DNA of 64,000 nt from Candidatus Cloacimonadota bacterium (lineage in GTDB: Bacteria; Cloacimonadota; Cloacimonadia; G963667145): contig OY781092.1 of NCBI GenBank assembly GCA_963676615.1, forward strand, positions 1 through 64,000. Reading direction: 5' to 3'. The stretch's first letter is position 1. The number at the start of each line of letters is the position of its first letter. The translations under genes and the position numbers were made by a program. This document shows, piece after piece, positions 29,089-38,511 of the stretch. Under the pieces are notes generated by a model, which did no database searches, had not been told where the DNA came from, and saw only the letters and a list, made by a program, of their open reading frames with translations.

Positions 29089-29734
29089 ATAAATAGCAGG
29101 CGCAAAACGCGAGAAAATTGTTCAAAAAGTGGTAGAAAATTCCGTAGAAAAAGCCGATTTTTAGACGAACACAACTGATGACAATTCCCAAAAAAAGGTA
29201 AGGGGTCAGCAGCAAAATCAGCGGCAGCGCCCCTGAGATTTCGCTCCAGTCCAGATGGAGCAGGGCGAACGCAAGGCTAGAGACGACGGCGAGCGCCGCG
29301 CGGTGTTGCCAAATTTTTTGCAGAGGTTGCAGGCTGATTTTTTTGGCGAAAAAATGAAAGGCAGTGGGCGTCAGCAGCGCTATCCACAGCAGACGATACC
29401 AGATGGAAAGGCTCTTGTGCAAATCCAGCGGCAGCAAAATTCCAGCCGAAATCATCGCAAAAAAACACAGCAGGCTAAGGGGTAGATAGTCAAGTCTCGA
29501 GAGGCTCAGGCGGAAAATTATCTCCTCGCAGACGGGCGCCATTATGCAGATGAAGACAAAAAGCGAGAAAATCAGGAGAAAGTTGTGGCTGCTTTTGGCG
29601 AAACTGATGGCGTCGATGATTTTGGTTTGCGAGGGCAGATATTGGCTCGGATAGCAGCTGAGAACAGCGACCAAAGCCGCTTGGCAGATGGCGAAAATCA
29701 AAAAAGTTAGCGCCAGTTTTTTTGTCGTTTTCAT
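29078..29734 (-). CDS. CPBP/CAAX-family intramembrane protease-like protein
   Basis: APVCEEIIFR, FALLH and H...NN motifs in a hydrophobic protein; start placed at MKTTKK. Confidence 0.8.
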   Translation of the reverse strand: MKTTKKLALTFLIFAICQAALVAVLSCYPSQYLPSQTKIIDAISFAKSSHNFLLIFSLFVFICIMAPVCEEIIFRLSLSRLDYLPLSLLCFFAMISAGILLPLDLHKSLSIWYRLLWIALLTPTAFHFFAKKISLQPLQKIWQHRAALAVVSSLAFALLHLDWSEISGALPLILLLTPYLFLGIVISCVRLKIGFFYGIFYHFLNNFLAFCACYLFNV

Positions 29735-29914
29735 ATTTTGTTTCCCTTTTGTCGCCTTAGTTTGGATTTGGTCAAGCACAAAACTCCAGATTGTCGGGGG
29801 CGATAAACCAAAAATCAAGCTCAAAAATCTCTTGACACGCTCAGCTTGTCCCGATTCTGAACTTATGTGGAGCCACGAGCTTTGCCAAAATGTTTTGTAG
29901 AAGGATTTAGATTA

Positions 29915-32518
29915 GTGAAAAAACTGACCAGCGCCCAATTGCGAAAGAGTTTCATCGATTTTTTTGTCGAAAAAAAACACAAATTTGTGCCGTCGTCGTC
30001 CGTCGTTCCGCTGGACGATCCGACTTTGCTTTTTGCCAATGCGGGGATGAACCAGTTCAAAAATATTTTCCTTGGTTTGCAAAAATCGGAGTGTAAGCGG
30101 GCGGTAAATTCGCAAAAATGTATCCGTGCAGGCGGCAAGCACAACGATCTGGAGGATGTTGGCAAAGACGGCTACCATCACACTTTTTTCGAGATGCTGG
30201 GGAACTGGTCGTTTGCCGATTACTACAAAAAAGAGGCGATTCAGTGGGCTTGGGAATTTTTGACGAAGGAGCTGGAACTGCCCAAAGAGAAGCTATATGC
30301 GACGGTGTATAAGAGCGATCAGGAGGCTTTTGATTTGTGGCGAGATTGCACCGATATCGCCCCAGAGCACATCGAATTTCACGGCGACAAAGACAACTTT
30401 TGGGAGATGGGCGCAACCGGGCCTTGCGGTCCGTGCTCCGAGATCCATATCGACCTTGGGCAGAGCGAGTGCAACCTGCAGGGAAAAGCTGGTCACACCT
30501 GCCGAGTTAACGGCGATTGTCATCGCTTCGTGGAGCTTTGGAACTTGGTGTTTATTCAGCATCAACGCCTGGAAGACGGCAGCTTGCAGGATCTGAGCAG
30601 CAAATATGTGGACACGGGAGCTGGTCTGGAGCGGATCGCCAGAGTGGTGCAGGGCGTTGGCAGCAACTACGACACCGACCTTTTTGTGCCGATAATTTCG
30701 GCTGTGCGGGAGCTGGCGAGCGTGAGCGATCAGGTCGCTTTTCGGGTGATTGCCGATCATATCCGCGCGCTGAGTTTCGCTCTAGCCGACGGCGGTGTGC
30801 CGTCTAACGAGGGCAGGGGCTATGTTTTGCGCAGGATTTTGCGACGGGCGTGCCGTTTTGGGCGAGTCGTCGGATTGCAAGAGCCGTTTTTATACAAGCT
30901 GGTGGATGTCGTTGCGCTGGTTATGGGCGAGCATTTCGGCGAGCTTTTGGCGAAAAAAGATTATATTAAAATGATTATCAAGGCGGAAGAGGAGCGATTT
31001 AACAGCACTTTGGACAAAGGGCTTTTGAAGTTTGCCGAACTCACCGCTGGGGGTAAGAATATCAGCGGTGCGGACGCTTTTTTGCTCTATGACACTTTTG
31101 GTTTTCCGCTGGATTTGACCGAACTGATGGCGGAGGAGCAAGGTTTAAGCGTTGATAAAAAAGGTTTTGAACAGCATATGGCGCAGCAAAAACAGCGGGC
31201 GAGAGACGCCGCGAAATTCGAGCAAGGCACAAATGCTGCTTCGGAAGATTTGAAAGATGTTGCGGCGAGCGAGTTTGTGGGCTACGACGCTTCTGTGGCA
31301 CAGGCGAAAGTTGTTTATGTCGGCGAGGACGAGGCACGCGGAATGTTTGTGGTGCTGGATAAAACGCCGTTTTATGCGACTTCGGGCGGTCAGGCGTGCG
31401 ATGCGGGAAAGATTCAGGCGGATGGCTGGTGGCTATTGGTGAACGATGTGCGCAAAGTTGGCAAGCTGATTTTGCATAGCGGAGAGTTCGCAGGAGAGCG
31501 CCCGAAAGTTGGCGATTCGGTGGCTGCGAGCATCGATTGTCGTCGCAGGAAAAACATCAGTTCTCATCACACGGCGACGCACATTTTGCAGGCGGTGCTC
31601 AAAAAACACTTGGGCGATTTCGTGCAGCAAAAGGGCTCGCAAGTGACCGCCGATGGTTTGCGCTTCGATTTTATCTGTATGGACAAAATTCCTGCCGAAG
31701 ATTTGGTGGTGATCGAGGACGATTTGAACGAGGTCGTGCGGGGGTGCTATCCCGTCAGCACGGCGCAGATGGAGCTGGAGCAGGCAAAGCAGAGCGGAGC
31801 GCTGGCGTTTTTTGCCGAAAATTACGATAAGAAAGTGCGAGTGGTGCGCGTTGGCGATGTTTCGGCTGAGCTTTGCGGCGGAACGCATTTGACAAATAGT
31901 GGCGAAATTGGGTTGTTCAAAATCGTTGCCGAAAGTGCCGTCTCTGCTGGAGTTCGGCGGATATTTGCTGTTTGCGGACAAGCGGCTTTGGACTATTGTC
32001 GCGCAAAGGAGAGCCAGCTGCGCAAGATTTCTGCCAAAATCGGCGTTCCACAAGACAAACTGACGCCGAAAGTGGATTTGGTGTTGCAGGAGCGCAAAGA
32101 TTTGGCTAGGGAGGTCGAGCAGCTCAAAGAGAAAATGGCTTCGGCTTGTTTGGACGATTTGCTGAAAAACACGCTGAAAATCGGAGAGATTGCTTTGGCT
32201 GTGGGCGTTTTGCCAAATGGCTCAGACCTAAAAAAAAGTGTTAGCGTTTTGCAAGATAAACTCGGTAGCGGCGTCGTTTGTTTGCTGCTGGCTGGCGAAA
32301 ATAGCTTTACGCTGGGAGTTGGTGTTTGCAAAAAGTTGAGCGCAAAATTGAAAGCGGGCGACATCGTCAAAAAAGTGACCGCTGCTTTTGGAGGCAAAGG
32401 CGGAGGCAGACCAGAGATAGCTTTTGGTGCGGGTGAACTGCCCAGCGGCGATGCGAAAAACGCTTTACTCATTGCGCAAAAGAAAATCGAAGAGATAATT
32501 TTGGAGAGTTCCCATTAA
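29915..32518 (+). CDS. alaS: Alanine--tRNA ligase
   Basis: DPTLLFANAGMNQFK, HHTFFEMLGNWS, GPCGPCSEI, HTATH, ELCGGTH, GGKGGG. GTG start at 29915 chosen by family N-terminus. Confidence 0.97.
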   Translation: MKKLTSAQLRKSFIDFFVEKKHKFVPSSSVVPLDDPTLLFANAGMNQFKNIFLGLQKSECKRAVNSQKCIRAGGKHNDLEDVGKDGYHHTFFEMLGNWSFADYYKKEAIQWAWEFLTKELELPKEKLYATVYKSDQEAFDLWRDCTDIAPEHIEFHGDKDNFWEMGATGPCGPCSEIHIDLGQSECNLQGKAGHTCRVNGDCHRFVELWNLVFIQHQRLEDGSLQDLSSKYVDTGAGLERIARVVQGVGSNYDTDLFVPIISAVRELASVSDQVAFRVIADHIRALSFALADGGVPSNEGRGYVLRRILRRACRFGRVVGLQEPFLYKLVDVVALVMGEHFGELLAKKDYIKMIIKAEEERFNSTLDKGLLKFAELTAGGKNISGADAFLLYDTFGFPLDLTELMAEEQGLSVDKKGFEQHMAQQKQRARDAAKFEQGTNAASEDLKDVAASEFVGYDASVAQAKVVYVGEDEARGMFVVLDKTPFYATSGGQACDAGKIQADGWWLLVNDVRKVGKLILHSGEFAGERPKVGDSVAASIDCRRRKNISSHHTATHILQAVLKKHLGDFVQQKGSQVTADGLRFDFICMDKIPAEDLVVIEDDLNEVVRGCYPVSTAQMELEQAKQSGALAFFAENYDKKVRVVRVGDVSAELCGGTHLTNSGEIGLFKIVAESAVSAGVRRIFAVCGQAALDYCRAKESQLRKISAKIGVPQDKLTPKVDLVLQERKDLAREVEQLKEKMASACLDDLLKNTLKIGEIALAVGVLPNGSDLKKSVSVLQDKLGSGVVCLLLAGENSFTLGVGVCKKLSAKLKAGDIVKKVTAAFGGKGGGRPEIAFGAGELPSGDAKNALLIAQKKIEEIILESSH

Positions 32519-33725
32519 AAATTTTTGGTGGCAAACCGCTTGTTTTTATCAGCCGAAAGCGGAACTGAATTTTCGGCAGTTGACCCTGCAGGTTGAGCGT
32601 TACAAAGGTATGGGCGTCGATGCGATTTACCTGCAGAACGCGCTTGATGCCAGCTATCCGTCGGGCGTCGTTAACAATTTTTATCAGCTGAATTTGGCAA
32701 TGGGCAGCAAAGAAGATTTTGACATTATGGTCGATGCGTTTGCGCAGCGGGAGATTGCCGTGGTTGTGCGGATGTGCGTGGACAGCTCGACTCTGGAGTG
32801 CGGAATGTTCAAAGACGAGCAGCAGCGGCAGGAGTGTTATCCGATTTCCGATGTTAGGCGAAAGTGGAGCGATGCCAGCGGTGATTCTCTGTGGCATAGT
32901 TTCGGCGACGAGTTTTATCTCAGCCATCGTGAAAAGCGTTTTCCGCTACTAGATTGGCACAGTCCCGTGTTGCGCTCGAAAATTGCCAAAGCAGTCCGAC
33001 ACTGGATGTCGCAAGGCGTCAAGGGGTTTGTCTTTGCTGGAATCGACGGCTGTATGTATGATCGGCAGGAGCAGCGCGATTTTCGCCAAATGGACGAGCT
33101 GAATATGAAAGTGGTGCGATTTTTGAAAGATGTAGTGGCTGAGCGAGGCGATTGCTGCTCGCTGGGCGAGTTTGAGTTCTCTTTTGAGGACGAGAAATTT
33201 TTGAAATATTCGGAAAAAGGGCTAGATTTGTTGCTGCGAGAGTTGCCCAGCGGTTTGGATTTTGAGAAGTTGGACGAGATTTTTCCAAAATGGCAAGGGC
33301 GATTTTTGAGCTTTTTGCAACAAGAAGGTGCCCAGAACAAAAATTTTCGCCTGTGTAAACTCGCCGAGATTATCTTGAGCGCCGACAATTTGCTCTTGCA
33401 AGACGGCACATCGCCGCAAGATTTGCAGAGCTATCGCGACGACAACTTTTTTTCGGTTTTGCTGGGCTACAAAAAGCAGGCAGTTTTGGGCGTTGAAAAA
33501 ATCCTCAAAGGCGAGAGTTTGCGGAGTTTTTTGCTGAAATGCGTGGATGGAGCCTACCTCGTGGGGATAAATTTTGGCGAAAAACAGGTGGAGTGGGACG
33601 GTGTAAATTCGGACGAAGTAGAGATTTTGCAGGCGGCAGACAAAGCGCTTTGTGGCGGCAAAAAGCAGGGGCAAACCGTTGTCCTTGAGCCGTTTAGCCT
33701 GGCGATTTGCAAGCTGCAGTGGTGA
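32514..33725 (+). CDS. Divergent GH13 (alpha-amylase family)-like protein, probably non-catalytic
   Basis: WWQTACFYQ, GVDAIYL, GSKEDFDIMV, FYLS...PLLDW and HWMSQGVKGF resemble GH13. The frame is open upstream of the track start (32580); a candidate ATT start is at 32514. Confidence 0.65.
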   Translation: MKNFWWQTACFYQPKAELNFRQLTLQVERYKGMGVDAIYLQNALDASYPSGVVNNFYQLNLAMGSKEDFDIMVDAFAQREIAVVVRMCVDSSTLECGMFKDEQQRQECYPISDVRRKWSDASGDSLWHSFGDEFYLSHREKRFPLLDWHSPVLRSKIAKAVRHWMSQGVKGFVFAGIDGCMYDRQEQRDFRQMDELNMKVVRFLKDVVAERGDCCSLGEFEFSFEDEKFLKYSEKGLDLLLRELPSGLDFEKLDEIFPKWQGRFLSFLQQEGAQNKNFRLCKLAEIILSADNLLLQDGTSPQDLQSYRDDNFFSVLLGYKKQAVLGVEKILKGESLRSFLLKCVDGAYLVGINFGEKQVEWDGVNSDEVEILQAADKALCGGKKQGQTVVLEPFSLAICKLQW

Positions 33726-33755
33726 TTTGGCGAGGAATTTTTATGGAGAAAACAG

Positions 33756-34475
33756 ATGATAAATAAGAGCGTGGTGACCAATTTTTTGAGCGGAAGTTTG
33801 GTGCTGATTGGCTATTTTGTGCCGTTTGGTAGCGAGAATTGGTGGTATCAGCAGATGGTTTTTAATGTAGGGCTTTTTGCGTTTTCGGGGGGCATCACCA
33901 ACTGGATTGCGGTGTTTATGCTTTTCGAGAAAGTGCCGGGACTCTACGGCTCGGGCGTTATTCCGTCTCGGTTTCAGGAGTTCAAAGCGGGCATCAAAAA
34001 TTTGATGATGAACCAGTTTTTTACCAAAGAGAATGTCGATAAATTTTTGGACGGCTCGAAATTGGAGCAGATAAATCTGACGCCGTTGGTGCAACAGACC
34101 GATTTTGACCCGATGTTCGAAGCTCTGGTAAAGTCGATTTTGGAGTCGTCTTTTGGCGGAATGCTCTCGATGGTTGGAGGAGCCGCAGTTTTGGAGAGCC
34201 TGCGTCAGCCAGTGGTCCAGCGGCTGAAAGAAGCCACCGTGCAGATGGTCTCAAGCGAAGATTTTCACCAAAAAGTTAGCCAAAATTTGATTGGTAAAGA
34301 CGACAAAATTTTGGAAAAAATTTCGACGATTGTGCAAAAAAGGTTGGACGAACTCACGCCAGAGTTGGTCAAAAAAATAATTCAAGATATGATAAGAAAG
34401 CACTTGGGCTGGCTGGTCGTGTGGGGCGGAGTGTTCGGCGGATTGATTGGCTTTGCCACGGTTTTCCTAAAATAA
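33756..34475 (+). CDS. DUF445-like membrane protein
   Basis: SGGITNWIAVFMLF..PGLYGSGVIP and C-terminal HLGWLVVWGGVFGGLIG. Confidence 0.8.
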   Translation: MINKSVVTNFLSGSLVLIGYFVPFGSENWWYQQMVFNVGLFAFSGGITNWIAVFMLFEKVPGLYGSGVIPSRFQEFKAGIKNLMMNQFFTKENVDKFLDGSKLEQINLTPLVQQTDFDPMFEALVKSILESSFGGMLSMVGGAAVLESLRQPVVQRLKEATVQMVSSEDFHQKVSQNLIGKDDKILEKISTIVQKRLDELTPELVKKIIQDMIRKHLGWLVVWGGVFGGLIGFATVFLK

Positions 34476-34490
34476 AAGGGGTAAAAAAAA

Positions 34491-35510
34491 ATGTTTGATA
34501 AGCTGTTGAGTATGTTCACCAAAAACATCGTAATCGATTTGGGCACGGCGAACACTTTGATATATGTGAAGGACGAGGGCGTGGTTTTGGACGAGCCGTC
34601 GATTGTGGCGATCTCTACCAAAGACAAAAAAAAGGTCAGTTTTGGGCGTGAAGCCAAAAAAATGCTGGGGAAAAATCCTGAGCTTATTCAGGTGATACGG
34701 CCGCTTCAGGACGGTGTGATTGCCGACTTTGCGGTGACGGAGCTGATGCTTAAATATTTCATCAGAAAAGCGCAAGGCAAGCGGCTTTTGGTCAAGCCGA
34801 AAGTTATCGTCTGCATTCCGTCGGGGATTACCGAAGTGGAAAAAAGGGCTGTAAAAGACAGCGTGCTAAACTCTGGAGCACGAGAGGTTTACCTCATCTC
34901 CGAGCCAGTTGCGGCGGCTTTGGGAGCTGGCGTGCCGATTACCGAGCCACAAGGAAATTTGGTCATCGACATCGGCGGCGGCACGACCGAGATTGCGGTG
35001 CTCTCGCTCTCCAACATCGTAACGCACAATTCCATCCGCATCGGTGGCGACAAGATGAACGACGCCATTGTCAACTATTTGCGTCTCAAGAAAAAAGTTT
35101 TCGTTGGATTGCTCACAGCCGAAGAGATTAAGCAAAAAGTCGGTTCCGCCCTAAAAATGGACAAGGAGCTGGAGATGGTCGTTAAGGGGCGCGATTTGGT
35201 GTCGGGCTTGCCGATTAAGTTCAAGGTCACATCAAATATGGTGCAAGAGGCGCTGGCGGACAATGTGCAAAAAATCGTTAGCGCGGTGTTGCAACTCTTC
35301 GAGATGACGCCAGCCGAGCTGACAGCCGACATCGCCGAAAACGGACTTTTCCTCACTGGAGGAGGTGCGCTGCTCAAAAATCTGGACGCCAAACTTCGCC
35401 AAGAGACCAACTTGCCCATTCACCTCGTGCCAGAGCCGCTCACCTGCGTTGTGCGTGGCACAGGCAAAGTGATGGAGAATTTTGCCGAATACTCTTCCGT
35501 TTTGATTTAA
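34491..35510 (+). CDS. mreB: Rod shape-determining protein MreB
   Basis: IDLGTANT, RPLQDGVIADF, DIGGGTTE, LTGGGALL. Confidence 0.97.
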   Translation: MFDKLLSMFTKNIVIDLGTANTLIYVKDEGVVLDEPSIVAISTKDKKKVSFGREAKKMLGKNPELIQVIRPLQDGVIADFAVTELMLKYFIRKAQGKRLLVKPKVIVCIPSGITEVEKRAVKDSVLNSGAREVYLISEPVAAALGAGVPITEPQGNLVIDIGGGTTEIAVLSLSNIVTHNSIRIGGDKMNDAIVNYLRLKKKVFVGLLTAEEIKQKVGSALKMDKELEMVVKGRDLVSGLPIKFKVTSNMVQEALADNVQKIVSAVLQLFEMTPAELTADIAENGLFLTGGGALLKNLDAKLRQETNLPIHLVPEPLTCVVRGTGKVMENFAEYSSVLI

Positions 35511-35532
35511 AAATTTTGCTCTTTTTACAAAA

Positions 35533-36270
35533 ATGAAGACAAAGTATCAGCTGCTTTTGCTCGTTCTGTTCAGCTTTTTCATAATGCTCTCCAGCCAAGT
35601 CCACAAGCAATTTGTGGCGAACCAGCTGGGCAAATATCTCTATCTGCCGTTCATTGCGCCGATAAAATATTTGAAATCTATCGACGATTTGCGGGGCAAA
35701 AATCAGCAATTGCAACAAGAAAACCGCAGGCTTTTGCAACAAGTTTTGGCGTATGGCGACCAGAAATTGCTATTGGAAAAAGAGGACTTGCAAAAAAAAG
35801 GGATGCAATTGGCGATTGTCGTCGGCAATCTGGGCAACTACAACCAGCGGAGCTTGCTGCTGGATGTTGGCGCAAATCAGGGCGTGCAAAAAGGCGCACC
35901 CGTGATTACCTCGCAAGGCGTTGTGGGCAAAGTGGCGAGCGTGCAGCGCAACACGGCGCAGGTTTTGCCTGTGGGGAACACAAATTTTCGCCTGAGTGTA
36001 AAGAGTAAACGGGCGAGAGTGCAAGGAATGCTCACCACTTCGCTGGACGGCACGGTCTTTGTCGATATGATCGACTTTGGCGCAGATGTGAAGCCCGGCG
36101 ACCATTTTATCTCCTCCAATCTTTCGTCGATTTTCCCCGAAGGCATCAGCGTCGGCGTGGTGCAATACCTGCGCTCGTCGGATTATGGCAACAGAATTCA
36201 GGCGGTTTTGCAGCCGTCGGTGAACATCGCCAATTTGGAAGCGGTTTACATTCTGGAGGCGAAAAAATGA
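35533..36270 (+). CDS. mreC: Rod shape-determining protein MreC
   Basis: TM plus coiled coil, GVVGKV, FPEGISVG; follows mreB. Confidence 0.9.
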   Translation: MKTKYQLLLLVLFSFFIMLSSQVHKQFVANQLGKYLYLPFIAPIKYLKSIDDLRGKNQQLQQENRRLLQQVLAYGDQKLLLEKEDLQKKGMQLAIVVGNLGNYNQRSLLLDVGANQGVQKGAPVITSQGVVGKVASVQRNTAQVLPVGNTNFRLSVKSKRARVQGMLTTSLDGTVFVDMIDFGADVKPGDHFISSNLSSIFPEGISVGVVQYLRSSDYGNRIQAVLQPSVNIANLEAVYILEAKK

Positions 36271-36764
36271 TTTTAAAAAACGCGAAATTTTTTTGCGTCG
36301 GCGCCTTGGCGCTCTACTTTCAGCTATTTTTGGGCGACTATCTGTCCGTCAGCGGCAGCCTGGCGAACTTCTTGCTCCCGTTTGCGCTGCTCTGCTACTT
36401 GATTTGGGGAATGAGCAAAAAATCGATTTGGCTGCTCTTTTTTTTGGGAATAGGCTGCGATGTCGTCAACGCCAACCTTTTCGGTTTCACGCCGTTCGTC
36501 TTGCTCAGCGCGCTGTGGTTAGCATCCAAGCTATTTTTGGTCTTCAACGACCGAAGCATCTTCTCGTGCCTGCTGGTGCTGCTTCTGCTAACGATTTTTT
36601 ATCAAGCCGTTTTTTATGCGGCAAACATTTTGCTGATTTCCCAATCGAGCGTTGGCACATTTTGGCAAACGATGTCGTATTTTGCGGGCTCGCTCTTTTC
36701 CAACGCGGCGATTTTTATCTTTCTAAGCCTTCTTTTTCATCTGAAACTGAAATTTCATGAATAA
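36267..36764 (+). CDS. mreD: Rod shape-determining protein MreD
   Basis: Hydrophobic 165-aa protein between mreC and mrdA, with GIGCD...FG motif. Confidence 0.75.
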   Translation: MILKNAKFFCVGALALYFQLFLGDYLSVSGSLANFLLPFALLCYLIWGMSKKSIWLLFFLGIGCDVVNANLFGFTPFVLLSALWLASKLFLVFNDRSIFSCLLVLLLLTIFYQAVFYAANILLISQSSVGTFWQTMSYFAGSLFSNAAIFIFLSLLFHLKLKFHE

Positions 36765-38511
36765 CCTCAATAAGCTAAAAATTTTCTTCTTTTTGATAAT
36801 CGTCTGCTTCTTCGTTTTGCTTGGGCGACTATTGTGGATGCAGATCGGACAAGGCGAATATTACAAAGAGATTGCCCAGAACAATAGCTTTGTCAAAAGG
36901 AGAGTGCTGCCTGCGCGCGGCGTGATTTACGACCGCCTTTATCGTCCTCTTGCGGTCAATCGCTCGTCGATAAACCTCTATATTTTGCCAGCCGAAATCG
37001 ACACCTTGCCTCGATACACAAACTTTTTGGAATCGGTATTTGATACCGACAGCAGCTTTGTTTTTCGGTTGCAACAGAAGCTCCAAAAAGGCGGCAAGGA
37101 AATTTTGCTGCACGAAGATTTGCCGTATGAGCAATTCGTCAAATTGGCGGAAGAGCAAAACAACTACCCAGCCATCAGCATCAAGAGCGAGAGTCGGCGC
37201 AAGTATAACATCAAGTCGCATTTTTTGGGATATGTCCGCAACATCGGGGCGCAGGAGTATCAGCAGCTCAAAAGCAAAGGCTACAACCTCAACAGCTTTA
37301 TTGGCAAAAGAGGCTTGGAAAAGCAGTATGAGGCGCTGTTGCGGGGCAGTCCTGGCTATCGTCTGGAGAAAAAAAACGCGCTTGGCAAAACTTTCGGCAT
37401 TTTCGCAGAAGGGCTGAAAGTGCAAAACGGCAAGTCGATTGTGCTCAGCATCGATGTGGATTTGCAAGAAAAAATCGCCAAGATGTTTGAGGGCAGCGCA
37501 TACAAAGGCTTTGTCGGGGTGATGAACGCCGAAACTGGCGGACTTTTGGCTTATGTGAGTTTGCCGCAATACGACAGCAACCTCCTGAATCAAAGCATCA
37601 GCCGCAATGTTTGGCAGTCGCTGCTGCTGGACACGCTCAATCCGCTTTTGGATCGTGGAATCGGCGCGGTCTATCCGCCGGGCTCGATTTTTAAGCCCGT
37701 CACGGCGTCGCTGGCGCTAGAGGAGAACATCATCGACGCGCAAACGACTCTGGCAAAATGCACAGGCAAGTTTCGCTACGGCGGCAACACCTTTCGTTGC
37801 TGGGACGCTGGCGGTCACGGCGAGCTGAATGTCGTGCAAGCGCTGCAGCACTCTTGCGATGTCTTTTTCTACGACCTGTCGCTACGATTAAATCTGGAAA
37901 ATTTCCGCCAGTTCACCAAAAAATGTGGGGTGACCGTCAAAACTGGCGTCGATTTGCCCAGTGAAGTTGAGGGATTTTTCCCATCGCGCTATTGGTATAA
38001 AAAAAAGTTCCCGTTCATCTCGTCGCAACAAGGCTTCAAGATAAATATGGCTATCGGTCAGGGCGAGCTGGAAGTCACGCCGCTGCAGATGTTGGCGTAT
38101 TATGGAGCGCTTGCCAACGGCGGAGTTTGGCGACAGCCGCATTTTTTGAAAAGAGTCGAGGGCAGCAATCAGGACATCGACTTTTCGTCGTTTGAGCTGA
38201 GCATCTCCGACAGCACCCTAAAGCTCATCCAGCAGGGCTTGTATCAGGTCGTTAACGCCAAAGACGGCACGGCGCCACGGGCAAAACTGGCAGACCCAGT
38301 GATGTATGGCAAAACAGGCACGGCGCAAAACCACATCAGCGAGCTGCCCCATGTGTGGTTTGCGGGCTATTGCAAATTCAAAAATCCCGCTTATCCGACA
38401 CTCGCCTATATCGTTTTTTTGGAAAATATTGACGGTGGCGGAGGCTCTGTGGCAGCACCAATTGCCGCCAAAATAATTCGAGATTACGCAAAAATTTTGA
38501 AAGAGAGATAA
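36757..38511 (+). CDS. mrdA: Penicillin-binding protein 2
   Basis: ARGVIYDR, PGSIFK (SxxK), SCD, KTGT. Confidence 0.93.
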   Translation: MNNLNKLKIFFFLIIVCFFVLLGRLLWMQIGQGEYYKEIAQNNSFVKRRVLPARGVIYDRLYRPLAVNRSSINLYILPAEIDTLPRYTNFLESVFDTDSSFVFRLQQKLQKGGKEILLHEDLPYEQFVKLAEEQNNYPAISIKSESRRKYNIKSHFLGYVRNIGAQEYQQLKSKGYNLNSFIGKRGLEKQYEALLRGSPGYRLEKKNALGKTFGIFAEGLKVQNGKSIVLSIDVDLQEKIAKMFEGSAYKGFVGVMNAETGGLLAYVSLPQYDSNLLNQSISRNVWQSLLLDTLNPLLDRGIGAVYPPGSIFKPVTASLALEENIIDAQTTLAKCTGKFRYGGNTFRCWDAGGHGELNVVQALQHSCDVFFYDLSLRLNLENFRQFTKKCGVTVKTGVDLPSEVEGFFPSRYWYKKKFPFISSQQGFKINMAIGQGELEVTPLQMLAYYGALANGGVWRQPHFLKRVEGSNQDIDFSSFELSISDSTLKLIQQGLYQVVNAKDGTAPRAKLADPVMYGKTGTAQNHISELPHVWFAGYCKFKNPAYPTLAYIVFLENIDGGGGSVAAPIAAKIIRDYAKILKER

